Source of the DNA: Saprolegnia diclina VS20
Taxonomy: Eukaryota
Assembly: GCF_000281045.1 (NCBI RefSeq)
Contig: NW_008246096.1
Location: 650,497 to 692,626 of the forward strand
Reading direction: 5' to 3'
Length of the DNA stretch: 42,130 nucleotides
The stretch's first letter is position 1. The number at the start of each line of letters is the position of its first letter. The notes under the pieces were generated by a model that worked only from the letters and a program-made list of their open reading frames with translations, did no database searches and was not told the DNA's origin. Positions 24,076 through 33,153 of this stretch are shown piece by piece. The translations under genes and the position numbers were made by a program.

Positions 24076-25340
24076 CTACGGGTTGTAGGGCGTGATCATG
24101 TTCTTCGCAAACGACTTGAGCGCGGGCACACCGCGGACTTCTTCGTTGAGAAGCGGCATCTCGAGCACGTGAAAGTCCTACGTATCCGCTTAGCATCGTG
24201 CTGAAGGAAGCGCCAGCGTTTTGTGTACCTCGTACAAGTCGTAGATCTGGTCGAGGTACTTTTGCTGCATCTTTTGGCGCGCGCAGCAGTTGTTGCACGT
24301 CGAGTCTAGCAGTCGCGCTTGAGTGTATTGAGGAGGATGCACAATCGTCCTACCTTCTTCCGGGTACAAGACCTGGTTGACGACGACGTTATGGACGTCA
24401 ATGTCGTACTTGGTGAGCTCCTACACGATAAATCGAGCCTGAGTAGGTCCCAGAAGCGTCATTGTATTGTACCTGCACCAAGCGCTCGGTTTCGTAGAGC
24501 GAGAGAAACTCGGGGATGCAGACGCACACAAAGGTCGTGCGATCGGCGTCCTTGAACTGCTCGTTGACCTACACGCATTGCTCGCATGAAGACGCAGCGG
24601 CTAACGTTAGAATATGCGACCTTTTGGATGACTTCGCGCGTCTGCTCGAGCTTGCCGACGAGCATTTCCTCGGACGGCAAGGCGCCGCCAAAGAGCGCCG
24701 ACATCTACATGTGCATTGCTCGATAGGGTTGCGTGCTTGCAGGAAAACATACCTGGCCAAACATGCCCGAAAATTGGTTCTTGAGCGCCATGAGCTTGCC
24801 AAAGGCCTTGTCGAGCGCGGTTGGGAAGCTGAGGAGGCGGAGCGTGTGGCCCGTCGGCGCCGTGTCGAAAACAATGACCGAGTAATCCATGTTCTGCACT
24901 TGCTTCATAAGCTCGGCAAAGCTCATGGCTTCGTCGATGCCAGGAATCGAGTTGGTCAAGTCCTTCATGAACGACTGCATGCCCGATGCGTCCGAGACGC
25001 CGTCGACGCTTTCGTCCATCTGCACCGCAAGGTTTAGTCATGATGGAGCAGACGCCGGATAGAGTACCTCAATGTTCGGGTCGATCTCCATGACAAAGAG
25101 GTTGTCGAAGCCATTGACAGCGGTCGGCTCACGCGTAAAGCGCTGGCCAAAGGCATCGCTGAGATTGTGCGCCGGGTCCGTCGAGACGATGAGGACCTTC
25201 TCGCGGTGGCTGGCGAGGGTCACGCCGAGGCAGCACGACGTCGTCGTTTTGCCAACGCCGCCTTTGCCGCCGACGAAGATCCACTTGAGCGACGTCTGGT
25301 CCACGAGGTTCTGCAGCGTGCCTTCCGGGACGTCAGCCAT
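24076..25340 (-). CDS. GET3: Tail-anchored protein insertion ATPase GET3/ASNA1/TRC40 (multi-exon)
   Basis: [75 protein letters not shown], CxxC in [16 protein letters not shown], and EEVRGV. Stop TAG at 24076-24078. Confidence 0.96.
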
Positions 25341-25364
25341 GTTGCGAATTTTTCGATTTGGCCA

Positions 25365-25380
25365 CAAATGGGAATTTCCC
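25365..25380 (-). promoter_or_regulatory. Putative core-promoter element (Inr/FPR-like) upstream of GET3
   Basis: GGGAAATTCCCATTTG, with the same sequence and spacing as the element before SMC1. Confidence 0.45.
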
Positions 25381-25665
25381 AAATAACCTCTCAAATCACA
25401 TTAAATTATGCGAATTCAGAGGGATGACGTGGAACCCATGATTCTGGCAACTTTAACTACGATCAAGGAGGAAAAGCAAAAAGTTACTAGAGGAGAGTGG
25501 CATGAAAGATAGCACCATCATTTTCCTGAACAATATGACCCATTATGCAGGAAGAGCCACGCCCTGGACCACGTATAGGTCTACAGCGTCGCACTTCAAG
25601 CAAGACGACTCGATGGGCCGTCGAGTTTTTCAGCCAAGCCAAAATTGCTGAGAATCAGAAAGTGG

Positions 25666-25725
25666 GGCTCTCTCCGGGACTTGAACCCGGATCTACCCGT
25701 GTCTAAACCGCTAGATTAAAAGAAG
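25666..25725 (-). pseudogene. tRNA-derived remnant lacking most of the anticodon arm
   Basis: Minus strand reads CTTCTTT-TA-ATCT-AGCGGTTT-AGAC-A-CGGGT-AGAT-CCGGG-TTCAAGT-CCCGG-AGAGAGC-C. The T-arm/B box is perfect, the D-arm/A box is recognisable and the acceptor stem pairs 6/7. About 12 nt (5' anticodon stem plus loop) are missing, so the isotype cannot be assigned. Confidence 0.7.
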
Positions 25726-26164
25726 TCGACAAGACCACCGCTTCTTGACTCTGAGAACCAGCCCGCAGTGCTCGAAGGCAACACCCTCGGAGCGTTCCCC
25801 TTGGAACACTTTGATTGAAAATGCCGGAACAATGCCATCTTGGGGCCGTCTCGAGAATTTAAATGCCCGTGGAGATCCACTTGAACCCGTAGTTTCCAGT
25901 ATATACTGTCCAGATATGTGAGCAAGCGCGTAGCTGAGTAGTATTGGTTGCCACCTTCAACATGTTCCTGGGGAGGCATTTTACAGCCAGCACCTACAGT
26001 TCAAATACAACGTCATGAATGACCATGAAAAGATTGGCAGTCAGCATCTAATGGTACGTAACCGCTCCTGTACTGGAACAAAGGTAGCTTCTACGAATAT
26101 AACTGATGCACTTTTCAGGATAAAATTAGGTCATTCTGAGATTCCACGCGATCCAACCTGAGCG

Positions 26165-28180
26165 ATGAACGTGAGCTGGTACCCCAAGGCAGCTCTGACC
26201 GAGCAGTCAAGCTCTGTCGTGCCACTGTCGCCATCCGGTCCGTCCGGGTCCGTGGGTCCTCCGCGCTTGGGTCGTCGGCGCCTCGTGTACTACACGACTT
26301 TGGCCGTTTGGGTGTTCCTCTCGCTCAACTCGTTTCTGGATCCTTTCAAGACACTATATGGGTACTACGTTACCACGGACAGCCACGAACACGCCAGCGT
26401 GTGGGCTATCCACGTCGCCAACGCCTTCAACAACATGTCGTCGACTGTCTGCGACCAGCGCGGGCCTTTTCTCAACTGCTACTTTGAGCTGCCCGTCTTT
26501 GGGGTTGGAACATTAGCTGGCGCTGTGTGTCGGTCGTTCTACCCCGTTGATAAGGGCGACGCGCAGCACATTGGTACCTTCTTCGGCAATTGTACGCTCC
26601 CTAGTGGTCGTCGTCTCGACTTGCCAAACGATGAAATAGCGACGAGTCAATGGTCGGCGCTAACAAGCTCGATTCAAAAGGACTGCCTTGACACGCTTGG
26701 TGAAGGGGACGCATTTCCGTGCGACACGTACACTACCACAAACGGGCGAGTGATCCACCATCGGCGGAGCAAAACCGAGACAGATCGCTGGTGCAAAGAG
26801 TTTGGTGGCTTCTATCTCTTGAACAAGACGTCCGGCGAACGAGAAGTTCTCGTCGCGAATGTGTCTGTGGCGACTGCCCCCGTCTTCACCAGCCTCAAGC
26901 TGGAAGTGGAGACAACAGTCTTTAGTCTCTACGACATCCTACGGTGTCCGGCCACATTTTTTGTCGGTGGTACAGCCGACCACATATCAACGACATCGTG
27001 GTACGGCGATACGATTGGAGCCTGGACAGCGAGGACGACGAGGTCACCACACTTGACGACCCTCACGCGACGCAATGAGCTCGTCAATGTGGCAGCCTTT
27101 GCGTGGCACGATGGCGGCATAACGCAGATTCGGTCCTTCTCGAAAGATCTTTTGCGCTGCTGTCTACTCTTTATCGTTGCCTACTTCCGGGTCACGTCTA
27201 TCTACTACCCGATATGGCTTGTCTTCAAGCGACAAGGTCAGCCGTTCTGGACGTGGGCAGGCGGCCGCCACATGGGCTTGGTGCTCCACAAACGCGAGCG
27301 TCGGTGCCTTGTCGTACTGTTTCTGCTCTCGTTCGAGGCGCTCCTGAGCACGGAAGACATTGTCATGTTTTGCCAGCACGCTGTCTACACGGTCCCGACC
27401 TCGTATACGACGATCATTTTGACGTACATGTCGATAACGCGCATCATCTGGCCCTCTGCATTCTTGCTGCTTGCACTGTCTCGACTCCTCGAGTGGCTTC
27501 TTGGGCCAAAATATGCGTTTGCACTCTCCGAAGACCTCTTTCTCCTTGGCGCACCCGTCGTGTGGTTCTACTTACCTTCGTATGTCACCACCCAGGGCAT
27601 GAAGCTCTTCCAAGGTTACCGATGGACCGGCGTCGTCGTCCACCACTACGCAAACACGATCCATAACGCGTATTCGCACCAAAAAGACTCGTGGACGCTG
27701 TACATGGAGCTTTTCGGCTACTTCACACTGCTCTCGTCGACGTTTACGATTGTCCTCGGTTTTGTCTGGCAGTCGGTGACGCACATGACGAGCATTCTCG
27801 CGTTTCTACTGTCGCACCAACGCTATCGCCGTGAACATGCGCTCAAGGATACGACAGGGACGCTCGAGAACGTGCTGCATGGTGCTGCCGACGGGCTATC
27901 GCCCGAAATCGCATATCAAGTTACAAAAGCAAAGTGGCCACGATCGCATCGCTGTGAAGGCATGAACCTCGCGTCGGAGGGTCTCCTCTGCCTCGTATAT
28001 GGGTCGACCCAGGTCCTCGCCACTATCGAGTGGGGCTTTGTGGGACCGGTTTTCAACCCACAAGGCCACGCCGCTGTTATCGAAGGCAACTCGGTCTCGT
28101 TTCGACCCAACGTGACGCGTGACACACTCTCAAGTATAACGTCCACTCCCACTCGCGTCGGCATTCCAGACCTTATTTAG
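26165..28180 (+). CDS. Intronless 671-aa multi-pass membrane protein of unknown function
   Basis: Long uninterrupted ORF. One N-terminal TM (LVYYTTLAVWVFLSLNSFL), a Cys-containing presumed extracellular domain of about 270 aa with N-x-S/T sites, then about 5-6 hydrophobic helices and a C-terminal tail. Confidence 0.8.
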   Translation: MNVSWYPKAALTEQSSSVVPLSPSGPSGSVGPPRLGRRRLVYYTTLAVWVFLSLNSFLDPFKTLYGYYVTTDSHEHASVWAIHVANAFNNMSSTVCDQRGPFLNCYFELPVFGVGTLAGAVCRSFYPVDKGDAQHIGTFFGNCTLPSGRRLDLPNDEIATSQWSALTSSIQKDCLDTLGEGDAFPCDTYTTTNGRVIHHRRSKTETDRWCKEFGGFYLLNKTSGEREVLVANVSVATAPVFTSLKLEVETTVFSLYDILRCPATFFVGGTADHISTTSWYGDTIGAWTARTTRSPHLTTLTRRNELVNVAAFAWHDGGITQIRSFSKDLLRCCLLFIVAYFRVTSIYYPIWLVFKRQGQPFWTWAGGRHMGLVLHKRERRCLVVLFLLSFEALLSTEDIVMFCQHAVYTVPTSYTTIILTYMSITRIIWPSAFLLLALSRLLEWLLGPKYAFALSEDLFLLGAPVVWFYLPSYVTTQGMKLFQGYRWTGVVVHHYANTIHNAYSHQKDSWTLYMELFGYFTLLSSTFTIVLGFVWQSVTHMTSILAFLLSHQRYRREHALKDTTGTLENVLHGAADGLSPEIAYQVTKAKWPRSHRCEGMNLASEGLLCLVYGSTQVLATIEWGFVGPVFNPQGHAAVIEGNSVSFRPNVTRDTLSSITSTPTRVGIPDLI

Positions 28181-28557
28181 AGAACCGCGATGGTCAACAT
28201 ACAATTGCACTACAATTGTAGCTTCAATATATTCGAGAAAACGAGACCTTGCACCTCCAACAGCCCGAGGTACAGTCTTGCTGTAGCGAGCTTACACGCG
28301 CCACATACGTCGAGCTTTAAATAAAACTGCTTGTGTGCTGATGAACATTCACCACCATCTCGGCCACCGGTACGACGCTCTAAATCGGTCCTTCGGGCTC
28401 GTATGCGAAGAAAGTTATGCCCATTTTGAGCTTTGCTGTTGAAACAATTGGGCTGCGAGAATAATGTGTTGCACCGAAACCTTTTCGAAGAATAAGTGAC
28501 CTTTCACGAGCACAACAGCCAGTCGTTGCCCAACACATTCTATAATACGACAATCGA

Positions 28558-28917
28558 CCCATAGGAAGCCCTCGCCGTCTCGTCGCAGGCGCACGGAACC
28601 GTCATCTCATGCAGCACGCTCGGTAAGAGTGCCATGCAGGCGCATCACTGCGGAAAACCGACATGCCTATGACTCTCCCAGCGACGGCGATTTACTAAGT
28701 AGTACGGCAGATGGGTCTGCGGAGGGGCTTTGCACCCGAACATGGCCACGCTCCAAGTCGCAGCTTCTCGAACTTCAAGTTCCCACGCTGCAGTAGCTTG
28801 CGTCAACCTGTGAGAATTGATCATTGGCCACTTTACTCGTCGCAGCAAGACTTGCTGATGGTGGGTTTACGCACAAAAGTGCATACATTGGTGGTGTGGA
28901 AGGTCCGTGGCATCGAG
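28558..28917. repeat. Duplicated segment, copy 1 (empty site)
   Basis: 28558-28606 is identical to 29018-29066. 28603-28907 aligns with substitutions and small indels to 29432-29730. Followed by an N-gap. Confidence 0.9.
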
Positions 28918-29017
28918 NNNNNNNNNNNNNNNNNNNNNNNNNNNNNNNNNNNNNNNNNNNNNNNNNNNNNNNNNNNNNNNNNNNNNNNNNNNNNNNNNNN
29001 NNNNNNNNNNNNNNNNN

Positions 29018-29730
29018 CCCATAGGAAGCCCTCGCCGTCTCGTCGCAGGCGCACGGAACCGTCATCGTATCAAACTAGCAGCTGGGCTAGTGAAGCACTC
29101 GGCAGAGAGAAAGAGGAAGAAGAGGAAGAACCAGAACCGCACACCCGATGAGGAGTGTGTCCGAGAGGCAGGAAGTGGAAGTGAGGCCACGAAGGCTGCT
29201 CACGACCTGCTCCGGAATATATTGATATTACGGAGACTGGTATAGTGAGGTCGAGTGGTAAAAACCTTCCAGTGAAGAAAGGAAAAAGAACCATCCTCGT
29301 GAGTGGAAACCGCCACGAGGGCTGGTGAAAACCACTCGGATCTACCGGTGAAGGGATCCAACGGCCAAAAACCAACGAAGAGTCGAGGTCTTCGAGTTGG
29401 CGAACGAACGTGTGGAGTTGCGTTCTTCACACATCGCATGCAGCTCGCTCGGTAAGAGCGCCATGCCGGTGCATCACGGCGGGAAACCGACATGCCTACG
29501 ACTCTACTACACGGCGATTTACCAGTATGGCAGTTACGTCTGCCGAGGGGCTTTGCACCCAAGCATGGCCGCGCTCCGAGTCGCAGCTTCTCGAACTTCA
29601 AGATCCCACGTTGCAGTATCTTGCGTCAACCTGTGAGAATTTATCATTGGCCACTTTGCACGTCGCAGCAAGGCTTGCTGATGGTGGGTTTACGCACAAA
29701 AGTGCATACATTGGTGGTGTGGAAGGTCCG
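29018..29730. repeat. Duplicated segment, copy 2 (carries the 364-bp insertion), a small contig between two gaps
   Basis: Same flanks as copy 1. The last 57 bp (29674-29730) are identical to 28851-28907. Confidence 0.9.
29068..29431 (+). mobile_element. 364-bp insertion with a 5-bp direct repeat; candidate solo LTR or structured non-autonomous element
   Basis: Flanked by CATCG at 29063-29067 and 29432-29436. Absent from copy 1, which has a single CATCT at 28603-28607. Termini TATCAA...TTCACA. No coding capacity recognised. Confidence 0.55.
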
Positions 29731-29998
29731 NNNNNNNNNNNNNNNNNNNNNNNNNNNNNNNNNNNNNNNNNNNNNNNNNNNNNNNNNNNNNNNNNNNNNN
29801 NNNNNNNNNNNNNNNNNNNNNNNNNNNNNNNNNNNNNNNNNNNNNNNNNNNNNNNNNNNNCCTTGGTGAGGGGCACGCAAAACGAAAAAAGCGTGGTGAC
29901 GCTCGAAGTGACACGAGTGTGACGTCATGTGATTGGCTCGGCGCTCAAAGTGCTTTTTTGGCGAGATCGCACAAGTCCTCTACCACCGCGCGACTCGG

Positions 29999-32980
29999 AT
30001 GGACCTGCTTCGGCGCCTCATCGTGGCGCACATGGCCAAGATGGAGAGCTACCTCCAGTTCGTCGGCGTCTATCTGCCCACACAGATCTACGCGCACCTC
30101 TCGTTTCTGCCGCCCGTCGTGACGTACTCGTTTGTCTACATCATGCTGCAGGTACAACAGCACTTGCATCCTCGTTGACCGCTCATGGCATCTACTACCA
30201 GGCCTTGGCAATTCTCTGGGGCTTCCTCTTCAACGTCGGGTCGCTTCTCGGCGAAAACGTCATTGCGATCGCGACCATGCCGTGGTCCCAAGCGCTCTCG
30301 GTGCTCTTCGTCCATTACTCGGTCATTGGCATCATCCTTAGCATTGGCCGCACGACGTGGATTCTCACGTGGCAATCGGTTGAGGACTTTCCGTACATCC
30401 GCCGCGTCATGCGCCACGAAGCGTCGCCGCAACTCGTCGTCTTCCTCTGCGCGCTGCCCATTCTGCTGCTACTCACTAGCCTCATCGTCGTGCCGTCCGT
30501 GTGCACCAACCTCGACACATCGCAGCCGATTGAGTCGACGATCTGCAAAACGAGTTATCTTCGGTTCCTCACGCCCGCGTACCCCGTCTTCCAGAGGTCG
30601 CTGCGCCTTACCACGATCATTGCCTCGTGGCAGTTTGTGCAGGTCGTGCTCGAGATCATTCCGCGCTGGCGCGTCATCCTCCAGCGTATGTTCATCGATT
30701 GGACTGCATGGTTTTACTTATCGCGCTGATCTAGACATGTCGCTTCTCAACGTCTGCGTCCTCGGGCTCTCACTCATGGGACTCAACGGCCTTACGGTGC
30801 TCTGGACCATCGAGTGGCTCTTGCGTCACTTCCACGTCAAATTCACATCGTTCAGCGACCTCTCGCCGCTGCGCTGGGAGACGACGGGCCTTGTACTCCT
30901 TTGCCTCTGGATCCTCTGGTTCCTCACGCTCGTATGCCACAGCTTTCCGCTCTCCTTTCCCTCGACAGACGATGCGACCCTCGCCGCATTCTTTGGGCGC
31001 ATCAAGCTGTCGTTCATTCTCGGCCAAGTCATCGTCTTTGTTCGCGCGTGCGTGCACCCGCAGATGGGCTTTGTGCACGCGCAGCTCGAGCTCACTATCA
31101 TCAACCTCCTCCTTCCGCTCATCTACGTTTTCTCGCTCATTTGTCTCCGGGGTCTCTGCCTCTCGTCCCCGCGGTCCGTCTTTATTAGCGTTCCGATCTC
31201 GGCCGGCACCGCGTACCTCTTGTACCGCGTCTCAGGCATCGACCACCCGCACATCTTTGTCGTCATGGCGCTCTTCCTTTACGGCAGCCTCCTCCGGTGG
31301 CTCCAGCACACGGCACACAGCAGCACGCCCGGTCGCCGCGTTTCATTCTCGTCCGAAGATCAGGTCAAGCACATTCGACCGCGCACGTACCAACGCGTCG
31401 CCTTTCGCTTCCTCCTCGCCGGCTCGAGCATCCTCGCGCTCTACATCCTCTTCCTCTCTGGCTTTGGTGCGCTCACGTTTCTCCAGCGTCAATCCGAGTG
31501 GTTCCCAGACGCCGCGTCGCTTGTCGTGACGCCAACGGAAATCAACGTCCAGCACGCACGCGTAAGCATTCCCTTGTTTTCATCTGGGTGTGACTGAGGT
31601 TGATCTGTAGGTCGTGAACCTCAAGCTCGAGCTCGCACGCGACGAAGCGCCGCCGATAGTGCCGCAGCCCCCGTTCTACGCGAGCTGCGGCAACCGGTGG
31701 CACGATCTTAGCCTCGTCGACTACGCACTTATGTCCCAAGCCGCGTACTTCAACCCGACAGGCAGCGACCTCCCCGACTTTCTCGCAGCCGTCTTTCCGC
31801 AGACGGCCGAGGGTGTCCCAATGTTTGACATTCGGATTCCGGACAATTACACGGCAAAAGGCTCCAAAGTCGAGTTTTTCGAGGTTTGGATGTGACGATT
31901 TGGCCTGACGTTTTCACCTGTAATGTGGTAGGCATACTCGGCAGCACTCAATCTCTCGGTGATTTCGGTGCGCGGGACGGACGTCGGGCGGTTCCGAGAT
32001 CTCATCGAAGATGTCAAGATGTTTGCCGAGCCGGTCATTTTTGCCATTCTTTCGAGCATTTTCCCCACAATTCGCATGTGGCCAGACGGTACGACGCTGC
32101 GTTTAAGCCTTTGTTTCATCTCATGCATGGTTAGTGACCTTCTCGACGCTCATTGAACTCTACCACGAAATGATGTCACTCTTCGGGCTCAGCCACGAGT
32201 ATTGGTACTACCACGAGCTCATGCACTACGTCCAATCCATCACGGATCGCAACGTCATCTTGACGGGCCACTCGCTCGGTGGCGGCATCGCTCGGTACGA
32301 TTTGTGATGATGCTACACTCGGGTCTGACGCTCGTCGATGTATTAGCGTTGTGGGCTCGATCTTGGGGAAGCCATCCGTCTCGTTCTCGCCACCAGGTCC
32401 GTTCTGCCCACTCTTGATGCATCCAGCGTCTTATAACGGATTTTGCAGGCTCGGTGCAAACGTACAGCAAGCTCGTGCACGACATTGCGGGCGAAAACTC
32501 GATCGTGGACCGCAGGCGCCTGCACCACTTGTCGACGTGTGTGATTCCAGGTAGACTGCCTTTGGAAATATCTTGCCGTGGATTGACGTAATCGGTAGAA
32601 TACGACCCGATCACGATGATCGACACGCAGTCGGGCTTGATCCAGCGGTAGGCGCGTCTGTTTCTGAAGGCACTCATGTTGTATGTAGCATTACGTGCGA
32701 CTCGTCGCACCTCTCGATGCAGCTGAGTTGCCACATGAACGAAGGCACGCTGTGCAACTTGATGTCGCACTGCGGCGACCACCGCGCCCGGTTCGCGGCG
32801 TGCACGTTCGAGCACCGCGTGTCGACGATCTCGGAGGATCTCTTTGAGATGGTGTTTGTCGACTTGATAGCGCCCACGACGCTGAGTGGCCTCATGATTG
32901 CTGTCGCGATTCTCTTCTCGCTCATTCGGTACAAGTACATTCGCCGCTACCAGCGCCAGATCCTCCGTCTAAAACGCTAA
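29999..32980 (+). CDS. Multi-pass membrane protein with a C-terminal class-3 lipase domain (multi-exon)
   Basis: Many hydrophobic helices in 29999-31500. These are followed by LSLVDYALMSQAAYF, SVISVRGTD, VILTGHSLGGGIA (GxSxG), SVSFSPPG, YDPITMID, CH, and a final TM helix before the stop at 32978-32980. Confidence 0.82.
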
Positions 32981-33153
32981 GTGTACGCAAGCTAACTTAA
33001 CAGGACCATCAGCATCAAGTGCTCCATCATGCGTGCGACACTGATGGGGTGCAGGATCAGGGAAGAACTTGCAGCATGTATTGGCGCTGTAAGCGCAAGT
33101 GTACAAGTAGCCAATTGTACGATTCATTACGCAATAGAACGTACATGGCGCTC

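Noticed and set aside
28200..28220. Inverted repeat TACAATTG-CACTA-CAATTGTA after the orphan gene stop
   Set aside because: Short and built from a self-palindromic hexamer; no function can be supported in a eukaryotic 3' region.
28560..28606. TAGGAAGCCCTCGCC...GGCG...GTCAT loosely recalls IS200/IS605 TnpB or Fanzor omega-RNA right ends
   Set aside because: The resemblance is short, and no RuvC/zinc-finger nuclease ORF lies upstream or elsewhere in the window.
29145..29166. CCGATGA-GGAGTGTGTCC-GAGA resembles a hammerhead ribozyme core (CUGAUGA-stem II-GAAA)
   Set aside because: Two conserved core positions differ, and I could not build stems I and III with a UH cleavage site.
28711..29928. 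ORFs running through X residues
   Set aside because: Artefacts of N-gaps. Copy 1 has stops in the frame that is open in copy 2, and no domain is recognisable.
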